Origin: a virus
Length of the DNA: 43,942 nt
IMG/VR virus record: IMGVR_UViG_3300000969_000009
Location: 1-43,942 of that record
Reading direction: 5' to 3' (one strand)
A model generated the notes under the pieces. It saw only the letters and a program-made list of their open reading frames with translations. It searched no databases and was not told the DNA's origin. Below, piece after piece: positions 7,934 to 17,928 of this stretch. How positions within the stretch are numbered: the stretch's first letter is position 1; each line of letters starts with the position of its first letter. Made by a program: the position numbers and the translations under genes.

Positions 7934-10024
7934 TTAGTATGTGACGATTGTGGGCGGTGTTCCTGATACGCCCTCACCCGATGAGGTGATTCGCGCCCTA
8001 AATGGTGCGGCGGTTGCGCCGTTTAATGCATAATCTTCGCCAGCCGTCCAGAATCCTGTGCTTGTAGCTTGCGTTAAATTCGCAGGCGCATCAATCGTAT
8101 CTGGCGCTCCATAATCAACCTCGCGACCATAGACAATGTTATTCAGAACCTGAAGGCGTAGACCGCAAGACGTTAAAAATTCCTGTTTTGGATTTACAAT
8201 TCTAAATTCAACAGTAGTCCTAGTAATTCCGTCAGATTCGAATGGCTGGAAATCAACTTGATGCAAATGGGATGCTGCAGTAACTAAAGGCAATCTCAAT
8301 TGAGGCCTATTATTGAATGATAGCGTGTCGGTAGTGTCAACGAAATCAATCTTAAAACCACCTGAGCCAACATTAAAACGCTGCACAGCACCAAGATCAA
8401 TTAACTGACTCAACACTGTTGTGCCGCCTGTATAGTAAAATGTCAAATCAATTGTACTTATATTTAGATCTTCAATTACGCCGTTGTTTAGACCAAATAC
8501 GTTCCCATCGATTATCTCACCAGTAATTGAGCCAATATTTACAACGCCCGTAGTCACGTTGCCCGTTCTTGCTCGGATTGGCTGCAATGTACCGCCATCC
8601 ACCAAATTAGTTACAATGCTGTCTACATTTGTATAAACCGCGTCATCAATAGCTAAAGCTGTATTGCCTGCGCCGTATGTCTCGATTTTGCCAATATTTG
8701 CTATTGCGCTCTGAACTACTGCTTCCTCATTGCCTCGGTAAACAATAGTTCCAAGTGATACCGTGCCGCTTAAATTATAGAGTCCGTTATCTTCGCAGTT
8801 TTGCACGTCGATTAGATCGATTCTGCCTACTGCCTCATCGGAGCTGCCTCCTCTGAGTACGCCAACGTTCACATCGACGCCTCTAGCTTCGGTAATGTGG
8901 AAGTCCTTACTGGTTCCATTAATTGATATTAATCGTGGTACAGAGACATTATTCTGTCCTGTATTGACATGATTGTGGCCATTAATTGAACCTACAAAGC
9001 CGTTAGCATTAGCCACTTCAATTCCAGACACCGACGGAGTACTAGCAGCATCAGCGCTAATATTGTTTACTCTGCCAGCATGTACCGTGCAATCATCCGC
9101 AACAACTTGAAACACGGATCGAGAAGTCATGGCTCCATCAATAACGGCGTTATTAATTACAACAGATCCAGCACCCGAAAGAACAAATCCTCGAGCATTT
9201 ACCGTGCCTGGAGTCAACAGGGTAAGGTCAGCGTCTATTGTGATATTGCAGCGAGTTGCAACATTGATTGAGTCAATACTTATTGGTCTATTTATCAGGC
9301 ACTTATAGCCACTTTCAGCTGCCGCCTTAACCTCTGCTGTGCCATCACCTGAGATAAAACCAAAGTCCTCAGGTGTTGCAATTCCTTTGGGCAAAACACG
9401 CTTAAATCGCTCACCTGTTACGGTAACGATCACAAGCCCGTTGTCATCTAGGCTTGAAGTGTCGTTAGCATCGTAGTAGAAGACGCCCCCGCCTAAGCCT
9501 GCTTGCGTGTGGCCTATCAAATTATGTTTTTGACCGTCAACTGTTGGCGTTAACGCTCGCAAATCATCAATAAAAGACACAGGATCTTCGACCACTTCAG
9601 GATCAACATTGCTAATGCGAATAAACGCACCAATACCAGTTACATCCGTCTCACCCACGCCATTATTAAAATCATCAATCCCTGCAATCGTTCCATTAAA
9701 TGGCACGGTTTGACTAATGACATTAACGCCATCGTGATCTGATTTAGGTGTGACCGCACTATAAACATAATCGCCACCTAAGCCATCACCAGCACCTACG
9801 CCGCCCAATAAAAAATAAACCCCTGACCCTAACACTAAACTAGGACTTAGAAGCCCAGCAAGGTTTGGAACTACGTTTACATCGCCATCTCTCAGAACAT
9901 CTCTAAGAGATGAAATAGAGATGGAATTACCCGATACGCCAGATTCCCCAATCGGGATAAGCGCCGCGTCTGTCAGTTGATTTTCGTCAACTGGTACTAG
10001 GTTTGGTATGAATACGCCTGTCAT
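7934..10024 (-). CDS. tail fiber or tailspike with a probable beta-helix (pectate-lyase-like) central domain
   Basis: 696-aa ORF, Gly/Asn/Val/Thr-rich. TPEDFGFISGDGTAEVKAAAESG resembles the N-terminal cap of pectate-lyase-3-type depolymerase domains. It is the last structural gene. Confidence 0.6.
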   Translation of the reverse strand: MTGVFIPNLVPVDENQLTDAALIPIGESGVSGNSISISSLRDVLRDGDVNVVPNLAGLLSPSLVLGSGVYFLLGGVGAGDGLGGDYVYSAVTPKSDHDGVNVISQTVPFNGTIAGIDDFNNGVGETDVTGIGAFIRISNVDPEVVEDPVSFIDDLRALTPTVDGQKHNLIGHTQAGLGGGVFYYDANDTSSLDDNGLVIVTVTGERFKRVLPKGIATPEDFGFISGDGTAEVKAAAESGYKCLINRPISIDSINVATRCNITIDADLTLLTPGTVNARGFVLSGAGSVVINNAVIDGAMTSRSVFQVVADDCTVHAGRVNNISADAASTPSVSGIEVANANGFVGSINGHNHVNTGQNNVSVPRLISINGTSKDFHITEARGVDVNVGVLRGGSSDEAVGRIDLIDVQNCEDNGLYNLSGTVSLGTIVYRGNEEAVVQSAIANIGKIETYGAGNTALAIDDAVYTNVDSIVTNLVDGGTLQPIRARTGNVTTGVVNIGSITGEIIDGNVFGLNNGVIEDLNISTIDLTFYYTGGTTVLSQLIDLGAVQRFNVGSGGFKIDFVDTTDTLSFNNRPQLRLPLVTAASHLHQVDFQPFESDGITRTTVEFRIVNPKQEFLTSCGLRLQVLNNIVYGREVDYGAPDTIDAPANLTQATSTGFWTAGEDYALNGATAAPFRARITSSGEGVSGTPPTIVTY

Positions 10025-10026
10025 GA

Positions 10027-10959
10027 TTAAGCTCTCCCTGAAAAGCCGATTACAGCGCCTTCCGAACCAATGGCGGCGTCTGTTCTTTGATAATATGCTT
10101 GCACTTGATAGCGACTAAGCCCTCTAACCCCGCAACTAATTTCCACTCCGTCAGGACTAACCAGTACGTCCACTAAGTCAGTTAGGAATACTTGCGGCTT
10201 CCTTGATAAATTCATTGTTACTATCTCTGAGTCAGCTCCCGATGCTACAATTTGCGAAGGTGGCACATTGTCCTCAAACCCGTCTGGGTCGATTCCAGAC
10301 GTGTCTCCTTCGAATATAATTTCTGGCAGATTAACTAGATTGGTAATGCTGGCAACATTACTAGAATTCGTGACAACCCGAGCAATTAGCATGTCATCGT
10401 ATGTTGTGTCGAATTGCACGTCTGTTTCTGCTAGTCCATTGGGATTGTATGCTGCATCGGATAAGTCATTAATAGAGAATCCGCCACTTAGAGACCATCG
10501 GATGTGATAAATGGTGCTGGGATCAGTAGGGTAGTTTTCCTCTGTCGTGATGAAAGAGCTTGAACCTCTATGATTAAAGCTCACTCCACTGGGGATTCGC
10601 ACAGTACCCGACGCTGGTGATGACACATTAATGCGACCGTCAGCACTGAGCACCTCAGGAAAGATTGGCAATCGTGATTGTGCTTGAGCCGTTAGAAAAA
10701 ACTGACTCGTATCACCAACTCCTGTAGCGCTTGCAATCAGATTCTGAATGCTTTCTAAAACTGTGGTTTTTCGCGCCATTGTTTGATCAACGCCGCCTGC
10801 CTCAATAATCGAATTGAATTCACATTCCCATTTGTTGAAAAGACCGTTAATGAGGTCTAAGTCCGCCGCACCACAAGACATTCCCAGAGACTCTTCCGAG
10901 GCATTAGGCAATCTGCGCGATGGGTTATCCTGCGCGAATGCAGGGTTATAATTAGGCAT
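10027..10959 (-). CDS. tail fiber protein (proximal part or adaptor)
   Basis: 310-aa ORF between the baseplate genes and the large fiber gene, with fiber-like composition. Confidence 0.5.
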   Translation of the reverse strand: MPNYNPAFAQDNPSRRLPNASEESLGMSCGAADLDLINGLFNKWECEFNSIIEAGGVDQTMARKTTVLESIQNLIASATGVGDTSQFFLTAQAQSRLPIFPEVLSADGRINVSSPASGTVRIPSGVSFNHRGSSSFITTEENYPTDPSTIYHIRWSLSGGFSINDLSDAAYNPNGLAETDVQFDTTYDDMLIARVVTNSSNVASITNLVNLPEIIFEGDTSGIDPDGFEDNVPPSQIVASGADSEIVTMNLSRKPQVFLTDLVDVLVSPDGVEISCGVRGLSRYQVQAYYQRTDAAIGSEGAVIGFSGRA

Positions 10960-10973
10960 TTTTTAAGCTCCTT

Positions 10974-11873
10974 TTAAATGCACCCGTAAGGCGCTACGTC
11001 TGTCTTACATAACCATTCAGATTCGAATGGTTGAATTGATAAAATTATGTCGTTTCCTTCATTGGTCTGTATGGCGTCACCCTCGTTTGTGAGGACTGGC
11101 ACTTCTATTCCTTCAGTTGTCGGCACAGATTGGTAAATTGAAATCTCGTTCCCGTCGTTGCCTAGAATTGGATTTCCGTCATTGTCTAGGATAGGAACTA
11201 ATTGCAACTCCATGTCTTCACAGAAGCCTGAGAAGCCCTCGCCAAAACCAAATATTCCCTGTGGAACACCAAAGCTAAATCTGATCTGTATGTTTGGCGA
11301 TACAGGCAACACGCGCGGGTAGATCTGTATTAAAGTCTGCTCTTGAGGGGTTAGCTCACGACCAATTGATATGGTTACTGTGTTGTTCGAGTCTTCTACA
11401 ACCGATGCTTGCTCACCCCATAGAATCATGACTGCTTCGCATAAGCTTGCTAGGTCGAATCGTGAATCCATTTGAATCGAACGTGACTGCAATAGACGTC
11501 GGTATACTTCATCATCCGTAATGGTAATTGTTCCCGTTCCGCTGTTATCGCACCCGCTCCAAACTCCGTTTTCATCACAGAATCCAACCACCTGCATTAG
11601 GTTGCTGCCATCTGGGCACTGAAAGCCGTAAACGGGCTGTGTCGTACATACACAATGCTCACGACGAAAGCCCATCAGTTTTCCTGTTATTGTGAGCTGA
11701 TCACCCACCGAATCATTCAGATTAAAGAATGACGGAATGCTGCAAATAACCTCGTTCAGTTCTTGAATTTGAATCAATGAGGCCGTGATTAAGTTCTTAA
11801 ACTTTGGACTTTCTCGGTACTGAGTAGGCAATCTGCACAAGCGATCTTCTATGCTTTGTAGATTAAAGCTCAT
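10974..11873 (-). CDS. baseplate wedge or tail protein (position of P2 gpI / DUF2612-like)
   Basis: 299-aa ORF directly after and overlapping the J-like gene. The N-terminus LCRLPTQYRESPKFKNLI resembles this family. Confidence 0.45.
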   Translation of the reverse strand: MSFNLQSIEDRLCRLPTQYRESPKFKNLITASLIQIQELNEVICSIPSFFNLNDSVGDQLTITGKLMGFRREHCVCTTQPVYGFQCPDGSNLMQVVGFCDENGVWSGCDNSGTGTITITDDEVYRRLLQSRSIQMDSRFDLASLCEAVMILWGEQASVVEDSNNTVTISIGRELTPQEQTLIQIYPRVLPVSPNIQIRFSFGVPQGIFGFGEGFSGFCEDMELQLVPILDNDGNPILGNDGNEISIYQSVPTTEGIEVPVLTNEGDAIQTNEGNDIILSIQPFESEWLCKTDVAPYGCI

Positions 11874-12763
11874 ACTCTCGTTACCCTCACGTTTTCGCCT
11901 AGCAGTCTTGCTATCTCAATAAAGGCAATATCAACGTCTTGATTAAGAGTCTGTGTAATTCCATCTCGCACACCAGTAAAACTAACAAGCTCCACATTTG
12001 GAAACGCTTTTTCTACCAATGATCTGAGCGTAAAGTGTGTAACGTCTTGACCATTTAGCGCACTGTCATTCCAGCCATTAATAATTGACGCGGTAATGTC
12101 AGTGACCGATGGCGGCGGGCATCCTTGCGCGTCCTGAAAGGCTCTAACAGTGATTGATAATGTAGGCTCAATAATAATCGGTCTAATGATATTAATTGAC
12201 CGACAGAACCCATCGACAATAGACGTGACGCGATGATTGCCAAACGTATCAACACCCGCCACAATTAGCTGTCTTAATGCGCTCGCTATTGCTTCATCTT
12301 CGCCGCCAATAATTGCTACGGCTAACTCACCATCTCGCAATCCATCGTCGCTAAATTGACCGCTATCATTAACGAATACTTGCGAATATGTGACACCCTC
12401 CAAGCCAGAAACCGCCAAGTTAATGTCTTGCAAATCTATCCTTGTAATGCCTTCATTAGTTATCGAACGCCTAAAGTTTGTCTCGGTCAATCCACCCTGC
12501 CTTAAATTGCGAATAGAGCCAAGTGAGGCCAATCCAACACCCTCTGCTATGTCAGGGTCTAGCGATGAATAAAGTGATGCAACAAGTTCCCATTGCTCAC
12601 CAATGGCATCTGCAAAAATTCCATTAAATACCCCTTGAGGGCTTTCTGGAGTCTGAATTAAATCCGCGTTGTCTTCTGTAGTGATAAACGCTTCTGTTTC
12701 TCTTAAAATTACTTCACGAGGCTTTATAACAAACCCTGTAGGTTGCACTCCGTATGGCATCAT
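11870..12763 (-). CDS. baseplate J-like protein
   Basis: 297-aa ORF. The order gp25-like, J-like, I-like is conserved in contractile-tail phages. The N-terminus GVQPTGFVIKPREVILRE is typical of this family. Confidence 0.6.
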   Translation of the reverse strand: MMPYGVQPTGFVIKPREVILRETEAFITTEDNADLIQTPESPQGVFNGIFADAIGEQWELVASLYSSLDPDIAEGVGLASLGSIRNLRQGGLTETNFRRSITNEGITRIDLQDINLAVSGLEGVTYSQVFVNDSGQFSDDGLRDGELAVAIIGGEDEAIASALRQLIVAGVDTFGNHRVTSIVDGFCRSINIIRPIIIEPTLSITVRAFQDAQGCPPPSVTDITASIINGWNDSALNGQDVTHFTLRSLVEKAFPNVELVSFTGVRDGITQTLNQDVDIAFIEIARLLGENVRVTRV

Positions 12764-13119
12764 TAAACCTCGTCGTATATGGTGCTTACACTGATCGAAT
12801 CAGTGGAAATGTGTCTTGTTCTGGAATTAAAGTTTACTGAAAAATTAGTGATAGATGTAACGCCGTCTGTGTCAACAATTGCTGATTTAATGATTGCCTC
12901 TGATAGCGTTCTGTCTAGAGGTCTGCCATGAATATCTGTTAACCAACTAACGCCAGTGGCGGAGTTCAAGAACCACTCGCCTTCAAAAAATTTAAGACGG
13001 TAGCTAATGTGCTGACTAATCGCCTCGGCATCTCTCGCTACTGCAAAATTGCCGTTCTCAATGTATAAATCCTGTATTCCGTCCTTGTTTGGACGCATTG
13101 CCCATATTGAATGACTCAT
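12763..13119 (-). CDS. baseplate wedge protein (gp25 / gpW-like)
   Basis: 118-aa ORF with the size and position of gpW/gp25, coupled to both neighbours. Confidence 0.5.
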   Translation of the reverse strand: MSHSIWAMRPNKDGIQDLYIENGNFAVARDAEAISQHISYRLKFFEGEWFLNSATGVSWLTDIHGRPLDRTLSEAIIKSAIVDTDGVTSITNFSVNFNSRTRHISTDSISVSTIYDEV

Positions 13120-13775
13120 AATTCCATTTCCCTCAATGTTTGCGCTAATTGTTGGAATTGGCTTTGCTGTGAATGCTGGTGAATGCCAGCCGATGAGCCG
13201 CTAGTCACAATGGTCTGATTGGCGGCTAATGCTTCGCAAACTTGCGCTAACGTATCAATCAAATCGCCTGCTGCTAAATTGAACTCCATGCGACCATCTG
13301 GTGATCCACGTAAGCCAAATTCACCCGAATCATTGAATCTTAGGTGTGAATTATCAGCATCAAAATTCTCGATTGGATCAATCAGAGATTCGCCGCCATC
13401 AATGTATGCTTCCATATCAGACAGAGACATTACACGGGCATCACTAGCTACATATTGCCCGTTCGTGTGGTAGTTCTGAGTGGAGCGCATCTGAGGCCGC
13501 AAATTAACCCTGTCACCCGCTTTTACTGGGTAGGTAAGGCCGCCACATGCAACGCGATCAAACCTAACAGGAACTTTAAGTAAATTCTGCAACTGAACAG
13601 GAACGCCGTTATGCCTTGGCATATACAAGGGCTTAATTTCAGCTGTTTGATTCTCAGCATTAAAGCTAACAATCTCCCCTGCCATCTCACCAAATAAACG
13701 CTCTAATTCAGAGCGAGCGATAAGCGCCATAGTCTCATCTTGTCGGGCGTTAGTCTTGCCAGTATAGCCGCTCAT
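13116..13775 (-). CDS. baseplate central spike or assembly protein (gpV / Mu gp45-like position)
   Basis: 219-aa ORF upstream of the gp25-like gene. The N-terminal region GEIVSFNAENQTAEIKPL looks like an OB-fold. Confidence 0.4.
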   Translation of the reverse strand: MSGYTGKTNARQDETMALIARSELERLFGEMAGEIVSFNAENQTAEIKPLYMPRHNGVPVQLQNLLKVPVRFDRVACGGLTYPVKAGDRVNLRPQMRSTQNYHTNGQYVASDARVMSLSDMEAYIDGGESLIDPIENFDADNSHLRFNDSGEFGLRGSPDGRMEFNLAAGDLIDTLAQVCEALAANQTIVTSGSSAGIHQHSQQSQFQQLAQTLREMEL

Positions 13776-14662
13776 CTTTCGCCCTCATCAACTTCGCCAT
13801 CCTTGATAGATTCAGCATGCATCGTCATGTAGAACGGGCTATTTTGCCCACCACGACTATCAACTTGATAATCAATATGTCCAACACGGTATAGACCGTT
13901 GTCAGCGTTCAAGTCTAAGAAATCAGATTCGACTTGAATTAACCGATTCGGCCTAACCTGCGGATTAATTAATGATGTTACTTTTATTCCGTTATCCGTT
14001 AATTTTGGATAACCGATCATTCCAGTATTTTGATTAACTAGCGTGGTTTGAGGTAACCACTTATTGTGTGGCATAACCTCAAAAACGTTATTCTGAATAG
14101 ACCAATAGAAATTATGACTACGGCCTAATTTATCAAGCTCTGCTCTAACTGATCCAGACACGCTGTAAGGTCTTGCGAACGTTTCTATTTCTTCTGGGTA
14201 AAGTCGCTCACCCCTTGATATACCCTGTGATTCCAGCTCCAAGAAAAGCTGTTCTACAACTTCTTCTACTGTTGTTCCCGCCTCAAAGGTGCGGTTTATG
14301 GTTGCGCGGCGTATTGCTTGCTCACCATCGCCTAAAATCACCTTTGTGATAAAGTCTGCGCCTTCCCAGTAGTGTTCTGGGTCTCTTATCTGGCCTCTGA
14401 ATATCTGACCAACTGAGTTGCCAGATTCATTGATATAACCCGCTTCAATCGTGACGTTTGTGAACTCGCGCCCGATCAAATTGCGGCTAGATTCTCTTAG
14501 GTTGTATATGTGCAGCTCTGAGATGTTAGCGGAGCCTGTGATACTTTTGCTGATTGTTGCATACACTCTTTGCTGAACATTGGTGCTATCATCTGGATTT
14601 ACCGTTAATGATCCGCCATTGCCCTCGAATGTCACACGTACTTTACGCCCGAATTGCCTCAT
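13772..14662 (-). CDS. baseplate hub-like protein
   Basis: 296-aa ORF at the position of XkdQ / Mu gp44-type hub proteins. The call is positional only. Confidence 0.4.
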   Translation of the reverse strand: MRQFGRKVRVTFEGNGGSLTVNPDDSTNVQQRVYATISKSITGSANISELHIYNLRESSRNLIGREFTNVTIEAGYINESGNSVGQIFRGQIRDPEHYWEGADFITKVILGDGEQAIRRATINRTFEAGTTVEEVVEQLFLELESQGISRGERLYPEEIETFARPYSVSGSVRAELDKLGRSHNFYWSIQNNVFEVMPHNKWLPQTTLVNQNTGMIGYPKLTDNGIKVTSLINPQVRPNRLIQVESDFLDLNADNGLYRVGHIDYQVDSRGGQNSPFYMTMHAESIKDGEVDEGER

Positions 14663-14963
14663 TTATTTCATCCTGAGTTACGCTGTATAATCCAGATTCA
14701 CCATTGATGAAACTCTGTCTTGTTGGCTGGTTGCCGTTTGGTGAATAAGCAATAATTCCGCCTACACCAAAGCCAAAGTTTCTAATTAAATCAACGCCAG
14801 TGATGACCTTACGTCCATGTAAAACAAATTCACCATCCAAAGCTAGGTCAAAAAACCATCTATTCGCCACGTGATTAAATGACAATAGAATTGTCACCCT
14901 GCGCTGATCTATAATTACTGAGAATTGCTGCCTTCCTGCATCTCTAATGTCAAATTGAACCAT
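14643..14963 (-). CDS. tail or baseplate protein, unknown family
   Basis: 106-aa ORF between the tape measure and the baseplate, with overlapping gene ends. Confidence 0.45.
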   Translation of the reverse strand: MVQFDIRDAGRQQFSVIIDQRRVTILLSFNHVANRWFFDLALDGEFVLHGRKVITGVDLIRNFGFGVGGIIAYSPNGNQPTRQSFINGESGLYSVTQDEINEAIRA

Positions 14964-15493
14964 TAAGCGCCCCCAGAAATACTATTCAAAACATTTGCGG
15001 CGGTTGCATCGTCAGCTTGAATCACATTAGTATCACCCCGCTCTAACACTGGGGCTATTTGATCGTTTACTACTGGATCGATAGATTCACCAATGGAATC
15101 GGTCTGAGTGTTTACAGTAGATTGTGTTGATTGAGTCCCATTGATAATCACCTCTGTAAGTGTTACCTGTGCTCGCAATATTCGATTTGTTCGATTATCT
15201 CTTGTTGTGGCGATGCTTTCTATCAACATATTGCTGTAGATCAATAAACCAGTAACAATAGTTAGCGGATCGAATGCGGCCTGTATGCGTACTAAATCAC
15301 TATACGATTCCGCCGCGTTCTCGTTTGCAATATCCAGTGTTACCGTCTTAGGCTCAACATAAGCATGATCGTTTATGCTTGCGCCTCGCTCTATTGGGTT
15401 CTCAGTTATCGTTGCTAAAGACTCGTGATTCTCGCTAAGAACCGCATTCACTTGCAGCGCGCCAATATTCCTATTAGTTAAGATAATACTCAT
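14963..15493 (-). CDS. tail protein following the tape measure (distal tail or tube-initiator position)
   Basis: 176-aa ORF. Its start overlaps the tape measure stop (ATGA). Confidence 0.45.
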   Translation of the reverse strand: MSIILTNRNIGALQVNAVLSENHESLATITENPIERGASINDHAYVEPKTVTLDIANENAAESYSDLVRIQAAFDPLTIVTGLLIYSNMLIESIATTRDNRTNRILRAQVTLTEVIINGTQSTQSTVNTQTDSIGESIDPVVNDQIAPVLERGDTNVIQADDATAANVLNSISGGA

Positions 15494-17298
15494 GGCGTCA
15501 CTGGGTCTGCTTGTATTTGACTACGTGAAGAAATAGCGCCTGCTACGGCCTCGGCACTCGCATCAGCAAGGGCGGACGGCGCATTAACGGCGCCTTGAAC
15601 GTTTTGCTCAATATTTATGTTTGTGTCGCCAACGTTGCCACTGTTATTGATGTTTGTTTGGTTGCTAAGCTTTTGTGAAGCATCTGAACCATTTAATATT
15701 TGTAATTTATCATTAATTCGCGATAAATCTATAGATGGTAATTGCGCAGGATTATCGTGATTGATGTTGCTATTTATTTTAGGCTGAAAATCCAACACTT
15801 GCGGCTGCTTTACTTGAACTTCACTTCCTGCTAGAGATTTAGATGAATCATCTGTAACTTTAGCTCCAACTCTTGAGTTTATGCTGTCTTTATCAAAGTC
15901 TGCGTTGAATGAATCATCACTAGAATCTGTTATCGATTTCGCTTCAGCAAAGCTAAATCCGCGATCTATTAATATTTCGTTTTTATCTGCTTTATTTAAA
16001 GGGGAATTTCTAAGCCCTTCGATCCCCTGCGTATCAAGTATTCTTTCGGCAAGTCTAGACTGTGCGCTTCCGCGTCCTAGCACTCCATCTAAAAAGCTAG
16101 TTTCAACGCCGTTTTTCTTATCTATCGCTTTCTGCTCTTCAAGCAACGCCGATAAAGAGCGCCTATCATCAAAGGCTTCGTTTACTGACTCTATCGCAGG
16201 AACTGCTACAACACTAATTCCTTGTGCCAGATTAGCCATTAAAATATCCCAGTTAGCAGAAAGCTCATCAATGTCTGCCTGCGTATCACTTAGGACTCTC
16301 TGCAAGTCTCTAAACACGGATCCATCAACGTCAGCATTATCGACAACATTAAAAAACTTTGACACTGAGTCAGCACTGGTTATCAGAGACGCCATACCTA
16401 AGCGCATCTCTTTATCAGCAAACAGCTTTCCTATTTTGTCTAGGTCACCATTTAGCGCTTCTTTAGATATTCTTATAAACGCTTTAACTAAGCCTTCACC
16501 GCTTGCTGTAGCTGCATCTAGCTCAGCGTCAAGATTCACGCCGAACTTCTTAAACTTATTTACTGTTTCATCGGATCGTATCTTACCGAATATGTCGCCT
16601 AACTGAGTTGCCGCCGCGCTTGATGATCCTGTGTCCTCACGCACTGTTTGAAGCAATACAATAAGCTCCTTTAGCCCATCCAATCCGCTATTCCCAAGCA
16701 ATGCAAATTGATTCGACAGCGAGGGGATGAATTGAGCCATGTCTTTAAGCTCAAATTGCCCTGCCTTACCACCAGCCACCATAATGTCAAAGGCCATTTG
16801 CATCTCAGCGGCAGTAATGCCAAGAGCGCTGGAGGCCTTCTGTGCCGTGTTAGCAATATCAGCAGTGGAAGCGCCTGAAGCTTGAGCCGTAGCCAATACG
16901 GACGGCAAAAACTCCAAGCTGCTCTGCAAGTTCATACCTGAAGAAGTAAGAACATCTAGAGCCTCACTTGCTTCTGCAACACTGCTAAATCCAAAATCAA
17001 TAGTAAGACCTTGAATTGTCTCTAAAGCAGCTTTGGTCTCCTGAACTGAAGCCTCACCAGTGATTCCGATGCGGTTTAGCTGTCGCTCTAGCTTGGCAAA
17101 CTCCAGAAATGAATCCTTGCCAACTTTAAACGCCGTACCAACTACAGCAGCACCTGCAAGCCCTTTCAAGGTTTTACTTAGCTTATTAGCGTTCTTGCCT
17201 GTGTTGTTAAGACCTTCATTATACCTCTTAACTTTACCTTCACCATCCAGCTCATAGCCTAAGATGGTGATAAGTTCTTGCGCTATCTCACTTGGCAT
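15490..17298 (-). CDS. tail tape measure protein
   Basis: 602-aa Ala/Ser/Gly/Leu-rich helical protein after the chaperone gene. The core GKAGQFELKDMAQFIPSL resembles TP901-type tape measure core regions. Confidence 0.8.
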   Translation of the reverse strand: MPSEIAQELITILGYELDGEGKVKRYNEGLNNTGKNANKLSKTLKGLAGAAVVGTAFKVGKDSFLEFAKLERQLNRIGITGEASVQETKAALETIQGLTIDFGFSSVAEASEALDVLTSSGMNLQSSLEFLPSVLATAQASGASTADIANTAQKASSALGITAAEMQMAFDIMVAGGKAGQFELKDMAQFIPSLSNQFALLGNSGLDGLKELIVLLQTVREDTGSSSAAATQLGDIFGKIRSDETVNKFKKFGVNLDAELDAATASGEGLVKAFIRISKEALNGDLDKIGKLFADKEMRLGMASLITSADSVSKFFNVVDNADVDGSVFRDLQRVLSDTQADIDELSANWDILMANLAQGISVVAVPAIESVNEAFDDRRSLSALLEEQKAIDKKNGVETSFLDGVLGRGSAQSRLAERILDTQGIEGLRNSPLNKADKNEILIDRGFSFAEAKSITDSSDDSFNADFDKDSINSRVGAKVTDDSSKSLAGSEVQVKQPQVLDFQPKINSNINHDNPAQLPSIDLSRINDKLQILNGSDASQKLSNQTNINNSGNVGDTNINIEQNVQGAVNAPSALADASAEAVAGAISSRSQIQADPVTP

Positions 17299-17928
17299 TA
17301 TTCGCCGCCATATTCACAGCCGATCTTAAATCCAATAATTCATGCATATCTAAAAGCTCGGTTAATGTTGAGTTTTTGCAGTCGTGATAACTGCACATTG
17401 GTGGGTCTGACAACGCAGGCCGAAAGACAAAAAACGGGGTATTGGGAGCAAGCGCTTTTATTTCTCGTTCAGAGAGATTACCCTTATTAGAAGTATGGCT
17501 AAGTCTACTAGGCCATTGCCCTCGCTCCCTTGCGTAAAATCCGCAAGTTGCACCTTGATAACGTAGTTGAACAATTCTTCAGCGCCTTTAAGATCGCCTC
17601 GGAAGTCAGCCGCAAGGTTCACAACGCGATACTCACCAGAAGGCTGTTTTACCTCTGCAATCTCGATCACGTCGCGCTTAAAGCTGATTATTTCATCAAC
17701 CCCAGCCTCTTTGATCATTGCAGCAGAAGCCGCTAGAGTGGTCGCATTAGTCACTAGTCCTTGTGCGCTTTCGTCAGCCGCTTCTTCAATGGCTGAACGT
17801 GCAATTAATGGCAGGTACTGAGAGCCAGCACCCGCAATTAATGTGAGCCTAGTAAGCAGCTTATAAGCTTCGAGTCCAGTTAATTCATAGACTCGATACT
17901 CTACGCCGTTTATCTTGGTGTCAGCCAT
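17288..17928 (-). CDS. putative -1 frameshift-extended tail assembly chaperone (G/GT or E/E-prime analogue)
   Basis: The -1 frame relative to 17458..17928 is open from 17578 to a TGA at 17288-17290. It spans the otherwise ORF-free 159-nt gap and overlaps the tape measure start. No canonical XXXYYYZ heptamer was seen. Confidence 0.4.
17458..17928 (-). CDS. tail assembly chaperone
   Basis: 156-aa acidic ORF between the tube and tape measure genes, the conserved chaperone position. Confidence 0.6.
   Translation of the reverse strand: MADTKINGVEYRVYELTGLEAYKLLTRLTLIAGAGSQYLPLIARSAIEEAADESAQGLVTNATTLAASAAMIKEAGVDEIISFKRDVIEIAEVKQPSGEYRVVNLAADFRGDLKGAEELFNYVIKVQLADFTQGSEGNGLVDLAILLIRVISLNEK

Noticed and set aside
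15881-16606. 241-aa plus-strand ORF, with similar long antisense ORFs at 20606..21088, 23183..23485, 33894..34301, 36719..37057 and 5842..6316
   Set aside because: All lie entirely inside, and antisense to, well-supported genes (tape measure, neck genes, scaffold, Vsr-like/NinB, initiator, phosphoesterase). They have Ser/Leu/Pro-rich, low-complexity translations and no ribosome-binding sites. They are typical shadow ORFs.
17461-17578. Canonical XXXYYYZ slippery heptamer for the chaperone frameshift, and the U6 run at 17429-17434
   Set aside because: No in-frame heptamer is present in the window where the -1 frame is open. The UUUUUUG run lies downstream of the zero-frame stop and cannot be reached by zero-frame ribosomes.
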